From contig JAZNOJ010000103.1 in NCBI GenBank assembly GCA_045580735.1, positions 225 through 64,224 of the forward strand: a DNA stretch of 64,000 nt, in the 5' to 3' direction. The notes beneath the pieces were generated by a model that saw only the letters and a program-made list of their open reading frames with translations, did no database searches and was not told the DNA's origin. A program made the position numbers and the translations under genes. The stretch comes from Candidatus Egerieisoma sp. GTDB taxonomy: Bacteria > Bacillota > Clostridia > UBA1212 > UBA1255. Positions 1-10,201 of the stretch are shown here, one piece after another (positions within the stretch are counted from its first letter, which is position 1; the number at the start of each line of letters is the position of its first letter).

Positions 1-729
1 TTCTTGCATATATCCTGATATTCCTTCCCAAAATACATCATTCTTCATTCCGTATCCTTGGAATGCCACACGATTTATCAAGCTGTTTCTATTGCCTTCT
101 TTTTTCTTGCCTTCACTTATCACTACCAACGGTACCTGATGATTACTTCCATCTTGCATATCTACATGATCTTCATCTGCATATATATCTATTTGCTTTA
201 CTTTCCTATGTTCTTTCTTTGATTCTATCGCTACTTCTCCGACTTCGTGCACTTTGTTTTTTACCGTCTGCCTTGTTACTTTGCCATCCACTACTTCTTC
301 ACTACTTTTTTCATATGATAGACTTGCTGCTTTTTGAATCAATCTTGCACTCAATTCATTTGAAATTCGGTCTCTTTTATTTAACCCTATCACAACATCC
401 ATCGGATATACATATTCGCCAATTTCTTTTGATTTGTACATTATTCTTTTAAATTTAAGTTCTCCAATTGGTAACAAAACGGTTCTTTCTACATTTCTTT
501 GTTGTACCTGGAGTTACACTTCTTTTCTTAGTTTACTACTGCAAAATTCATTATCTACATATTCAATTACTTTTGATATTACTTCTATTATCATTTCTGC
601 TGATATATTTTCCAATGTATTTGTATTCCTACATATATCAGCCAATCCACCTTCCTCAAAATTTTTTAAAATTTTCTCTACCGCTTTTGCTACAATCTGT
701 GTTACAATACTTTTCATGGGAGCCACCAT
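1..729 (-). pseudogene. ISLre2-family DDE transposase, N-terminal ~240 codons; in-frame TAA at 514-516; gene runs off the window start
   Basis: Minus-strand translation gives MKSIVTQIVAKAVEKILKNFEEGG...SSKLRKEV, then a stop. It continues in the SAME frame: LQVQQRNVERTVLLPIGELKFKRIMYKSKEIGEYVYPMDVVIGLNKRDRIS...KQIDIYADEDHVDMQDGSNHQVPLVV... down to nt 1. The layout and the ADEDHV acidic motif resemble ISLre2/UPF0236 transposases as I recall them. Confidence 0.6.
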
Positions 730-982
730 CCTTTAGTGTTTTTCTGTGTTACAATTATTAATTTATCACTAATTGGGGCTCCCGTCTTTATTTTTCTTTA
801 TTTTTCCAAGATTTATTTTACACTATCTCTTAATTGTTTCTTTTTTGTTCTTTTTCAGTAGGATCTTTGCATATAAATATGCAGCATGACATCGCCTAAA
901 AACAACTATAATCATTTTAATGCAACACAAAAGCACCGAAAACTATTTTGACATCATTTTAATACAATATTCAATGCTGCTT

Positions 983-1282
983 CTACAACCTTCTTTTCTT
1001 GTTGATTCTTTTTTCGATAATTGTAGCAATATTTTGCACCAATGAAAAAAACAAACTAATCAAAATAATTATTGACGTAATGAAAGTATATATTGTTTGA
1101 TTTAAAGGATCTATTTTACCAAAAATCAAATTAACTCTAACAAAATGCATTGCCAAAACAATTCCCACGGAAGAAAGGATTCCTTGAATTGCCACATGTG
1201 GTTGAAAAACAAAAAATGCTAAATATATAAATATCAATACTATAGTTAATATATTGTAATAATTTATCATATAAAACAGCAC
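983..1282 (-). CDS. hypothetical small membrane protein (about 3 hydrophobic helices); ATG at 1270 is an alternative start
   Basis: ORF only. The sequence is hydrophobic with a basic C-terminal tail (KRINKKRRL). No recognisable motif. It lies between two dead IS elements. Confidence 0.3.
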   Translation of the reverse strand: MLFYMINYYNILTIVLIFIYLAFFVFQPHVAIQGILSSVGIVLAMHFVRVNLIFGKIDPLNQTIYTFITSIIILISLFFSLVQNIATIIEKRINKKRRL

Positions 1283-1362
1283 AGGACAAATCTAGAAAAA
1301 ATCATTTGTAAAAAAAACAAAACTACAAAAAATACTCCAATTAAAAACAATCTCAGTATAAT

Positions 1363-1707
1363 TTAAGTAAATGCTGTAGCTACGCAAGATGACAAAATGT
1401 ATTGTAGTAATGCTGTTGCTGTACAAATAACTATCAAACTGACAATTTCAGCAGTATAATTAGAAAAATCATTTATTGCAACATCAAGTGGAGATATTCC
1501 TGAATACAATTCAATTAATAGCGAGAAATTACTCAGCACTCTTTCAGGGATATAAAATTCAACGGCATCAGGTATAGTTGTAGCTGAAGCTATAAATAGC
1601 ACCATCAATAGCGAAGCAGAAGCAGGCAACCATAAAAATCTACTAAACGGACAATTTTTCCACAATATGAACATAGCATTTTTTCTTAACCTCTTACATC
1701 TGTGCAT
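1363..1707 (-). CDS. hypothetical membrane protein or fragment
   Basis: ORF only; hydrophobic segments, no motif recognised. It could be the remnant of a larger membrane protein gene. Confidence 0.2.
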   Translation of the reverse strand: MHRCKRLRKNAMFILWKNCPFSRFLWLPASASLLMVLFIASATTIPDAVEFYIPERVLSNFSLLIELYSGISPLDVAINDFSNYTAEIVSLIVICTATALLQYILSSCVATAFT

Positions 1708-1879
1708 ACATGTACTTCATTATCTCTTATTTCTAATATGCATCGGTTCTGTTAAGCCTATCGATTGACTGAATTAAACAATCATATCTGCATTTTTTGG
1801 TTACATCACACTTTTACAACAGCACATTTTTCCTTTTGAAAATTAAAAATTACAAAAAGTAGAGTAAAGCTATATATGT

Positions 1880-3167
1880 TGATATACACCCCAAAAGTTA
1901 GACACTTTTGGAGGTACATATTTTTATGGAAAAAACAAAGTTTATAGTGCAGAATTTAAAATAGGCGTTATAATGGATATGCGAGAACACCATATGGGAT
2001 ATAGAGAAACTGCACGAAAGTATGAAATGGTAAACAATTCGTACGATGGAGCACTAATGACATTGCATCGATGGAGACGCATATATTTGGAAGAAGGAGC
2101 CGAAGCTCTAATGAAATAAAGACGAGGCAGAGCTTGTTCCACTATCGGAACGAGGAAAGGTAAACCACCTAAGTTAGATAAAAAGGTTGAAGAAGATTTA
2201 ATCGTCGAAAATCAACGTTTGCGAATTGAGATAAAATACTAAAAAAACTCGATGCCTTAGTTCAGAAAAGATTGTAAGAGGAAAAGAAAAAGCAGTGATA
2301 GTCAATGAATTAAGGCAAGAATCCCCATTAAATGACTTGCTCCAACTGTCAGACTTGGCTCGTAGCACATTTTACTATTATCTAAAATATTTAAATACAG
2401 ATAAATACGAATGTGAAAAGCAGGAAACACAAGAAATCTACAATGCCAATAAGGGCAGATATGGATACCATAGAATTACAATAGCTATGCGTAACAAAGG
2501 TTATGTAATTAACCATAAAACCATACAAAAGCTGATGAAACAGCTTTGCTTAAAAGGTAAGCAGAAAAAAACGATAAATGCCATTCATACAAAGGCAGAG
2601 TTGGTAAAGTTGCTGATAATTTACTTGAACGAGATTTCAAAGTTGATAAGCCGTTCGAAAAGATAACCACTGATGTTACGCAGTTTAAAGTTGGTGATGA
2701 GAAATTATATCTTTCACCAGTTTTAGATTTATTCAACAACGAGATAGTATCTTACTCAATTTCTATAAGTCCTAATTTAGAACAAACTAGAGAAATGCCT
2801 AATGGAATTTTTAAGAAATTACCGACTAATGCAATACCTATCTTTCATTCGGACCAAGGTTGGCAATACCAACATGCCGAATACCAAAGGCTATTATCCG
2901 AGCATAACATTACTCAGAGTATGTCTCGAAAAGTTAACTGTATGGATAACGGTGTTATGGAAAAATTTTCAGATAGACTTAAAGTTGAAATGTTCTACGG
3001 TGAAAAATCCGAAAGCTTTAACGCTTTCATTGATGAATTAAAGAAATATATTTATTACTACAACAAAGGATTTCCTTGAAACTAAAATGAATGAGTCTGG
3101 TACAATACCGAACTCATTCACAAGCAATTCAATATTTAATTTTGTCTAAACTTTGGAGTTCACTTCA
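1880..3167 (+). mobile_element. IS3-family (IS150-like) insertion sequence, ~1.29 kb, inactivated
   Basis: Imperfect terminal inverted repeats: TGATATACACCCCAAAAGTTAGACA starting at 1880, versus the reverse complement of the right end (ending at 3167), TGAAGTGAACTCCAAAGTTTAGACA. Identical TGT triplets flank both ends (1877-1879 and 3168-3170), consistent with a 3-bp target duplication. The interior encodes orfA/orfB-type transposase pieces. Confidence 0.65.
1926..3079 (+). pseudogene. IS3-family transposase orfA-orfB, multiple stops and frameshifts
   Basis: Pieces read across frames. First piece: YSAEFKIGVIMDMREHHMGYRETARKYEM...RWRRIYLEEGAEALMK-stop-RRGR...ENQRLRIEIKY-stop. Second piece: ...LNDLLQLSDLARSTFYYYLK...NKGRYGYHRITIAMRNKGYVINHKTIQKLMKQLCL, followed by a frameshift. 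Third piece: ...YKGRVGKVADNLLERDFKVDKPFEKITTDVTQFKVGDEKLYLSPVLDLFNNEIVSYSI...IFHSDQGWQYQ...SMSRKVNCMDNGVMEKF. These give a DDE integrase core with HSDQGxQY. Confidence 0.8.
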
Positions 3168-3597
3168 TGTATGAAGTCTCTTTCTGTTATATATATTTTT
3201 CACAACCCCTCATATTATAAAGTAGTAATGTTTACAGCCCATACCGCTCTATGGTTTCAAAAAGGCTACAGCCACAGTCTCTATGTATATTTGTTAATCA
3301 TTTAGATACCGCATGACGATTTATCTAGAACGAGGTTACAATTACAAAGAGTACCAGTGGTTCCAAACAGTATCAAAATTCATTCAAAAGAGACCGAATA
3401 TGAATAGTCAATAGAAAATTTAAACTTTTTCAAAGAAATATTTTGATAAAAAAGTGTACAAGAAACAAAGCATCTGAAAAAGTGCTCTGAAAATAAAATA
3501 AAGTTAGATAGGTAAAACTTAGGCTAAGTTAAATTCTATATTGTCTGTCATAATTTTGTGGATAACACGAACTAGCTTATGAATGTATGTCACCGTC

Positions 3598-3852
3598 TAC
3601 ATACCAGTCCGGACAATTTAATACTTGCCATTCTCGTATGTAAAAAAGAGGCTCACGTTATCTTCGTGACGCACTCTTTAATTCCGCTAAATACGTCTTC
3701 CGTTGAAATCCTGCTTTTGCTGCATCTTTAGAAAAGAAACGAGCCGAAAGTAAACACTACAATACTGCCATATCCCATGCCGTAAAAAAGCTTGTACGCA
3801 TAATTTACCAACTTGAAAAACCAGTCAAGCATACATTAAAGCAACCACAAAG
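3598..3852 (+). pseudogene. IS110-family transposase, C-terminal remnant with in-frame stops
   Basis: Translation: YQSGQFNTCHSRM-stop-KRGSRYLRDALFNSAKYVFR-stop-NPAFAASLEKKRAESKHYNTAISHAVKKLVRIIYQLEK. This matches the conserved IS110 C-terminus pattern (SG...SKRGS.yLR..L...A......yy.kKraeGKh...A.....KL.r.i). No N-terminal half is present. Confidence 0.6.
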
Positions 3853-3943
3853 ATGCTCTGTTTTGTCATGCAGTTTTAAAGGTTCGATATACTCAATAGG
3901 AGCCCATTTGTATTTTAAATGCATTTCTGCAATTCATTCAAAC

Positions 3944-3991
3944 GATAAAGCTATTAGAGAAAAGATAAAAGAATTACATTCCTCTTTCTGT
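3944..3991 (+). pseudogene. 48-nt fragment of a wecC-like (UDP-ManNAc dehydrogenase) gene, inverted relative to the intact wecC
   Basis: The fragment gataaagctattagagaaaagataaaagaattacattcctctttctgt matches the reverse complement of 5943-5990 inside wecC at 43/48 positions. It encodes DKAIREKIKELHSSFC versus DKVIGEKIKELYSSFC in wecC. Confidence 0.6.
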
Positions 3992-4151
3992 AAAAAATTT
4001 AAAATTCCAGGCTTAACCTTTAATAGTAAGTCTTTATTTATATGCAAAAACGTAGCAAATATTAAATCTGCTACGTTTCCAAATATATTTTCGAACAGAT
4101 AAAAATTTTTCAAATTATTATATTGCAAAATATTTTATTGATAAGAATTAT

Positions 4152-5258
4152 TTACAATTCTGTTGTTCCTGTTTCTAGAATATCTGCAATTCTTTTACAA
4201 GCTTGTCCATCACCATATGGATTACTTGCTTTCGACATTGCTTCATACGCCGAATTGTTTTCCAAAAGCAATTTAAAGTTTTCATAAATAACTTCTTCAT
4301 CTGTGCCAACTAACTTCAATGTTCCAGCTTCTATTCCTTCAGGACGTTCTGTAGTGTCTCTCATAACAAGAACTGGTTTGCCTAGAGAAGGTGCCTCTTC
4401 TTGAATTCCCCCACTATCAGTTAAAATCATAAAGCTACGAGCTAGGAAATTATGAAAATCCAAAACCTCTAGAGGTTCAATTATTCGGATACGTTCACAA
4501 TTACCAAGCTCCTCATCTGCAGCTTGTCGAACAATTGGATTCATATGAATTGGGTAGATTGCTTTTACATCAGGATGTTCATCCATAACACGACGTATTG
4601 CACGAAACATGTTATGCATAGGTTCTCCTAGATTTTCTCTTCGATGAGCTGTAATCATAATTAAACGACTATCCTTAGCCCAATCAAGCTCTGGATGTGA
4701 ATAATCCTCACGAACAGTTGTCTTTAATGCGTCAATTGCTGTATTTCCTGTTATAAAAATCGACTCTGGATTTTTTCCTTCTTTCAAAAGATTTTGCTTA
4801 GAAAGTTCCGTAGGGGAAAAATTATATTTTGCAACTATTCCTACTGCTTGACGATTAAACTCCTCGGGGTATGGGCTCCAAATATTATATGTTCGAAGTC
4901 CAGCCTCAACATGACCTATCGCTATTTGCTTGTAAAAACAAGCCAACGCCGTCACAAATGTAGTAGAAGTATCACCGTGAACTAGAACAACATCAGGCTT
5001 AACCTCATCAAGTATCGCCCCGATACCATTTAATATATTTGTAGTAATATCAAAAAGTGTTTGTCCCGACTTCATAATCGACAAATCATAATCAGGAATT
5101 ACATTAAACGTCTCTAAAACCATGTCTAGCATTTGACGATGTTGACCAGTAACACAAACTACAGTATTAATATTTTTTCTTAGTTTTAACTCGTTTACAA
5201 GTGGACACATTTTAATTGCTTCTGGGCGTGTCCCAAATACAAGCATTACCGTTTTCAT
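4152..5258 (-). CDS. wecB: UDP-N-acetylglucosamine 2-epimerase (non-hydrolysing)
   Basis: 368 aa. Motifs GTRPEAIKM, HVEAGLRT and DSGGIQEEAPSLGKPVLVMRDTTERPE. RBS GAAAGGGG lies 7 nt upstream of the ATG. Confidence 0.93.
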   Translation of the reverse strand: MKTVMLVFGTRPEAIKMCPLVNELKLRKNINTVVCVTGQHRQMLDMVLETFNVIPDYDLSIMKSGQTLFDITTNILNGIGAILDEVKPDVVLVHGDTSTTFVTALACFYKQIAIGHVEAGLRTYNIWSPYPEEFNRQAVGIVAKYNFSPTELSKQNLLKEGKNPESIFITGNTAIDALKTTVREDYSHPELDWAKDSRLIMITAHRRENLGEPMHNMFRAIRRVMDEHPDVKAIYPIHMNPIVRQAADEELGNCERIRIIEPLEVLDFHNFLARSFMILTDSGGIQEEAPSLGKPVLVMRDTTERPEGIEAGTLKLVGTDEEVIYENFKLLLENNSAYEAMSKASNPYGDGQACKRIADILETGTTEL

Positions 5259-5276
5259 AATATTTCCCCTTTCAAA

Positions 5277-6497
5277 TTACAATCTATAAGTGCCTGGAAT
5301 ATCGCAACATTTACGCGTATCAAATATAATTTTTCCTTTAAGTTTATCCATATTTTCCTTAATTTGATTATGATTAACCATAATTACAACTAAATCTGTA
5401 TCCTCAAGAAATTTGTCGAAATCATGATATTGATTAGGAACAATATCTTTCTCAAAATATGGATCATATGATTTTATTGGATTTGCTAAATGTCTTTCTT
5501 GACTTTCGAGTAGCTGTAGAGTTGGAGATTCTCTAGGATCATCAACATTTTCTTTATATGAAAGTCCATACAAGCCTACCCTGTTAAAATCTGTAATATT
5601 ATTTTCTTTCATTATTTCATGGATCCTGTTAAGCACAAAATCTGGCATACCATCATTAGTTTTCATTGATTCATCAATAACTTTAGCTAAACTTGGATAA
5701 TCACCAACTAGAAACCAAGGATCTACTGAAATACAATGACCCCCAACACCTGGTCCAGGTTGTAATATATTTACACGAGGATGCATATTACATATCCTTA
5801 TAATTTCATATACATCCATATTATCATGTCGACAAATCTTAGCTAACTCATTAGCAAACGCTATATTAACTGCACGGAACGTATTTTCTACAACCTTTGT
5901 CATTTCAGCTGTACGAATATCCGTTACAACTATTTCACCTTGGCAGAAAGAAGAATATAATTCTTTTATCTTTTCTCCAATAACTTTATCATCTGCACCA
6001 ATAGTACGATTATTATGAAGAAGTTCATAAACCATATTTCCTGGGATTATCCTTTCTGGTGCATGCACTAGATTGATATCCTTTCCAATCTCAAAACCAT
6101 TTCCCTCAATCACAGGACGAACATATTTATCGATTGTTCCTGGAGATACAGTAGATTCTACGACAACAGTTGCTCCTTTAGGACAAACATCCATGATTGT
6201 CTTAACAGCTGCAACAACGTAACAAGCATCTACTTTCTTGCTAAATTTGTCATATGGTGTTGGTACTGAAACAATATACGTATCAGTAACCTGATATTCT
6301 GTTGTAAACTTAATCCCCTTGTTTACTGCTTCTTCAAACAATTGGTCTATACCATCTTCTTTAAAAGTTGTCCTACCTGCATTTAAGGTATCAACAAGCT
6401 CTTTGTTATAATCTGTACCTATGACTTCTACTCCATGTGCAGCCATCATAAGTGCTGTAGGAAGTCCTATGTATCCTAGTCCAATTACATTAATCAT
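5277..6497 (-). CDS. wecC: UDP-N-acetyl-D-mannosamine dehydrogenase (UDP-sugar 6-dehydrogenase family)
   Basis: 406 aa. Rossmann N-terminus VIGLGYIGLPTA, catalytic Cys motif GGHCISVDPWF. Directly paired with wecB; 8-nt overlap with the wzx stop. Confidence 0.88.
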   Translation of the reverse strand: MINVIGLGYIGLPTALMMAAHGVEVIGTDYNKELVDTLNAGRTTFKEDGIDQLFEEAVNKGIKFTTEYQVTDTYIVSVPTPYDKFSKKVDACYVVAAVKTIMDVCPKGATVVVESTVSPGTIDKYVRPVIEGNGFEIGKDINLVHAPERIIPGNMVYELLHNNRTIGADDKVIGEKIKELYSSFCQGEIVVTDIRTAEMTKVVENTFRAVNIAFANELAKICRHDNMDVYEIIRICNMHPRVNILQPGPGVGGHCISVDPWFLVGDYPSLAKVIDESMKTNDGMPDFVLNRIHEIMKENNITDFNRVGLYGLSYKENVDDPRESPTLQLLESQERHLANPIKSYDPYFEKDIVPNQYHDFDKFLEDTDLVVIMVNHNQIKENMDKLKGKIIFDTRKCCDIPGTYRL

Positions 6498-7764
6498 TAT
6501 CTTTTTTCCTCCATAAACTTAATTTATACATATATGTGTAAAACACAATATAAATCAATGAAAATAATATAGTTATAGTAATCAAAAAATATTTCATCGA
6601 GTTTAAATACCACCCAAAGAAATGGGATATTAAAGTTGCCAAAACAAAAAGCACCTGAATAAACAATTCAGTTCTTTGTTTATTGCATATAATCATAGTG
6701 GGAGTTAGTGCAGATACAACTAGACGAATTCCAAACATCGGCGCCAAATATCTCACATAAATACCAGCCATTCCCCAACCTTCTCCAAAAAATTTTTCAA
6801 AAGCCCATGGTGCTAACAAAATTAAAACAACCGTCATAGGAGTAGCTATTGAAATCAACATCAAACTAGTTTGTATAAATGTTTTTTTAAAGTTTCCCGT
6901 CTCATTATATTCTCTCGCGGCCTTTTCATAAAATGCCTTTGATGTATTTGTACTTATTAAACTAAGCGGTATACCTAACATTCTATAAGACATAGAATAA
7001 TGAGCCAATGCCACAGTTCCAAATAAACCATCAACAAATAAATTTATTACAGAATATGCAAAACTGTTCGCAAAAATTGCAGGAACTGAATACATAGGTT
7101 GTCTACGATTCTTTTTAGCAACGTATAATATTTCTCTTCTAGAAACTGCTTTAAAAGATGAAAAATTCATAACTAATCGTTTTGCTTGACGTCCAATACC
7201 TGCAACACAACTAATCAGATTTGAAATCAGTAACCCTAATGTTCCAAATTGCAATACTCCTAATCCAATAAGAGTAGCAGCTTTTCCAATCTCCTTAGTA
7301 ATATGGACTGAGGCCATAAGTTTGTATTCTCGATCTCTATTATTAAACGATTGCAATATATGTCCTATACCAGTTAACAATAAAAAAGCAAAAATCCACA
7401 AAAATATTTCAACTACAGTCATACCAAGACTTTCGGAAAAACATAAATATGCTGTATACCCAATTCCAACAACACCACTCAAAACTAGAGTTATCAAAAA
7501 AGACAGCTTTACAATTGCAAATACTTCATTTTCATTTTTTTCACCTACAATTGTCATATCATACCTTCCACAAATTACTGAACCAAACATTGTAACCGCA
7601 GTCAACAGCAACGTATATTCCCCTATCTGTTCCTCTGTATAAAGCCTTGTCATTAAAGGAGAAATAAAAAACGAAATCAGTTGAGCAATTAATGTGCCTG
7701 ACATTAGAGTTGCAATTGAACGGAAGAAAGAATTTTTAACAATATTTCTCATACTTATCTTCAT
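6490..7764 (-). CDS. wzx: Wzx-type polysaccharide flippase (MOP superfamily)
   Basis: 424 aa, polytopic (about 12 hydrophobic helices). The N-terminus SFFRSIATLMSGTLIAQLISFFISPLMTRLYTEEQIGEY is typical of RfbX/Wzx. Confidence 0.8.
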   Translation of the reverse strand: MKISMRNIVKNSFFRSIATLMSGTLIAQLISFFISPLMTRLYTEEQIGEYTLLLTAVTMFGSVICGRYDMTIVGEKNENEVFAIVKLSFLITLVLSGVVGIGYTAYLCFSESLGMTVVEIFLWIFAFLLLTGIGHILQSFNNRDREYKLMASVHITKEIGKAATLIGLGVLQFGTLGLLISNLISCVAGIGRQAKRLVMNFSSFKAVSRREILYVAKKNRRQPMYSVPAIFANSFAYSVINLFVDGLFGTVALAHYSMSYRMLGIPLSLISTNTSKAFYEKAAREYNETGNFKKTFIQTSLMLISIATPMTVVLILLAPWAFEKFFGEGWGMAGIYVRYLAPMFGIRLVVSALTPTMIICNKQRTELFIQVLFVLATLISHFFGWYLNSMKYFLITITILFSLIYIVFYTYMYKLSLWRKKDND

Positions 7765-7766
7765 AA

Positions 7767-8930
7767 TTAGCTTTCCAGATTAAGATTTTCTTCTTTTTTG
7801 CCAATTAATAACATTTGTTTATAAACAAATAACCAAAAAAACGGATTTAACCAATAAACACTTGATAAAAACAACCTTGGTATAAATTGACAAATCAAAA
7901 ACAAATCTAACGAATCCTTTCTCTTACACATTAAGCATTTAATAATATAATAAATCACTATAAGTGAAAAAAACATACCTATAAAAATACCATACTCAAC
8001 CAAAAATTGTAAAAATATATTATGTGTATATTGTCCATCATTAAGTTTTTCAAACAAACCTACACCATTTCCGACAAACGGCTTATCCTTTATCAATCCA
8101 ATTGCTGTATAATACAATTCATTTCTTCCACTAGTAATATCATCTTTTCCCAATCGTAGACGGTTCAACCATCGCATTTCTGAATTCTGTTCAACTAACC
8201 ATTCTAATATTGAATCCCATCCGAATAAAAACAATAATGCAATACCTAAAAAAAAGATAACCCAAATAACTTTATGCTTCCTGTCAGAAAAAAACTTTAC
8301 ACATATTAAACATAAAATTGTTAAAACCGCTCCACGACAATCACTCAAAAACATTAAATAATATAGAGATACAAGAATAGTCGATACTATAATAATTTTA
8401 ATTTTCTTATTAGCCTCATTCCATACAAATATACCCGATGCAACACCCACAATCATCGTGTAACTTACATCCATAGAATAATCAACATAGTGCAAACTAG
8501 CTGCTTCTGGAATATATTTAAAAATCGTAAACAAGGTAAACACCGAAAACACTCCACAAATTGTATAATGCATTATTTTATGATCCACATCTTCTTTGTA
8601 TAAAAGCATCCCTGCCGAACCTAAAAGGAAGAAATTTTGAAGATAAAAAACTATATATGAATCTCCTCCATGATTAATCATAATGGCCCACAAGCAAGCC
8701 ATAATAAAAACAACATTAATTACTATAAAAGAAATTGTAATACGTAAGCATTTATTTATAAAATAAGATGATACTAATAACAAACCTATAATAAAAACAA
8801 TAGTATTTTCAATAGGAATTATAGATGTTATAATCTTGGTTATCATCAATGATGACAAAAACAAACCAAGAATCACAGAATTCTTTTTAGTTATATTTAA
8901 ATCTCTTATTACGTTTGACTTTTCTAGCAC
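7767..8930 (-). CDS. wzy: Wzy-type O-antigen/repeat-unit polymerase (O-antigen ligase-like)
   Basis: 387 aa, polytopic. Wzy_C-like segment GRNELYYTAIGLIKDKPFVGNGVG...YTHNIFLQFLVEYGIFIG. Confidence 0.75.
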   Translation of the reverse strand: MLEKSNVIRDLNITKKNSVILGLFLSSLMITKIITSIIPIENTIVFIIGLLLVSSYFINKCLRITISFIVINVVFIMACLWAIMINHGGDSYIVFYLQNFFLLGSAGMLLYKEDVDHKIMHYTICGVFSVFTLFTIFKYIPEAASLHYVDYSMDVSYTMIVGVASGIFVWNEANKKIKIIIVSTILVSLYYLMFLSDCRGAVLTILCLICVKFFSDRKHKVIWVIFFLGIALLFLFGWDSILEWLVEQNSEMRWLNRLRLGKDDITSGRNELYYTAIGLIKDKPFVGNGVGLFEKLNDGQYTHNIFLQFLVEYGIFIGMFFSLIVIYYIIKCLMCKRKDSLDLFLICQFIPRLFLSSVYWLNPFFWLFVYKQMLLIGKKEENLNLES

Positions 8931-9023
8931 GCCTACACCTCCTTATATTTTGTGTTGAAAAATGTAAAAAAAAGATTTACAATCTTGCTTGATAAATAAT
9001 ATCACACATGTCAAAACTAATTA

Positions 9024-10175
9024 TTACACATCAATCAAATTTTTCAATACTATTTTATATGAAAAATCAGCAACTGGTTCTAACTTAGCTGGATACTTAT
9101 TTACACGAACTATTTCCAATGCATTCTCTATTTCACGTTCTGTATTCTCACAGAATAAATATCTGTCATACTTTTCAAAAGTAGATTTAATTTTTTCCGA
9201 ATCGCCATCCAGTATAAAAATAATAGGTTTATTTGATGCTGAGTAATTGTATATTTTACCTGGAATTTGAGTACCATTAAGATTACTTAAATGGATCAAC
9301 AAATCAGATTTAGATTCTATTTCATGAACTTTATCCGAAGTTACTCTGCCGAGAACTTTTATTTCTAAAGAATCCTCCAATTCTATATCGCTATTCCCAC
9401 ATATTGTCAAATTATCACCAGTAGTCTTCACTGCATTATAGAGTGGAATAATATTTCTGACATTACTATTGTAATCACCACAATATGCAATATTAATTTT
9501 TTTGTGAAAATAATCTCTTGGCTCAAAAAGATTTTCTTTTACATACGGTCTAGGCATAAAAGAAATTTTGCTCGCATAATCGGGATATTTTTCTTTCATT
9601 TCAATAGCAGTAAGCTCTGACAAATACACCACCTTATCTGCTTTTGAGAGAAGACGAATTTCCTCAGATTTTCTTAAACTTTCATTTTTTAAATTAGTAT
9701 TAGTGATATCTCCTGTAAAAGGATCTCCCCAAATTTGAATCCATGGTAATTTTTTTCTTTTTAAAAATGACTCAGCAGCTAAATGAGAAGACTTAGGATC
9801 TGCTGACGAAATCAAAATATCATAATCACTATCTTCTAATTCATCCCAAATTTTGTCATTTGCCACATACTTCCATGAATCATAGATATTATGTTTTGAA
9901 TAACACTTATACACAAACTTCTTTGCTTTTCTTAACAATAAATTCTTTGAAAATTTTGCAGATATATTTTTTTCGGTATTTGCCTCAGTATATATCAATT
10001 TAGAGGATGAACGTAATTCAACCGGGGTATACATAGGATGTTGTTTTTCTGGATATCCAGTAATAACGGTAACATCATATCCCAAATCACACAAACCATT
10101 AACTGTATTAATATTTCTCAAACTAGCTGAAGAATTTATCTCTAATGGTCTGCTAACTATATAAAGAATTTTCAT
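9024..10175 (-). CDS. putative glycosyltransferase (GT-B-like)
   Basis: The ORF track starts at 10250, but MKILYIVS at 10175 has RBS GAAAGGAAAAATGTGGCT-ATG and removes the overlap with the upstream gene. The call rests on two-domain Rossmann-like patterning and operon context; the family is not identified. Confidence 0.55.
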   Translation of the reverse strand: MKILYIVSRPLEINSSASLRNINTVNGLCDLGYDVTVITGYPEKQHPMYTPVELRSSSKLIYTEANTEKNISAKFSKNLLLRKAKKFVYKCYSKHNIYDSWKYVANDKIWDELEDSDYDILISSADPKSSHLAAESFLKRKKLPWIQIWGDPFTGDITNTNLKNESLRKSEEIRLLSKADKVVYLSELTAIEMKEKYPDYASKISFMPRPYVKENLFEPRDYFHKKINIAYCGDYNSNVRNIIPLYNAVKTTGDNLTICGNSDIELEDSLEIKVLGRVTSDKVHEIESKSDLLIHLSNLNGTQIPGKIYNYSASNKPIIFILDGDSEKIKSTFEKYDRYLFCENTEREIENALEIVRVNKYPAKLEPVADFSYKIVLKNLIDV

Positions 10176-10201
10176 AGCCACATTTTTCCTTTCAAATCTG
10201 T

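Noticed and set aside
63-761. Three overlapping plus-strand ORFs (129, 100 and 97 aa) at the left edge
   Set aside because: They are low-complexity Leu/Phe/Ser-rich translations with no RBS. They are antisense to a much more convincing ISLre2-type transposase reading frame on the minus strand.
2509-3041. ORFs 2509-2739 (minus) and 2802-3041 (plus) inside the IS3-like element
   Set aside because: These are alternative-frame or antisense shadows of the decayed transposase. The sequences have no protein-like features.
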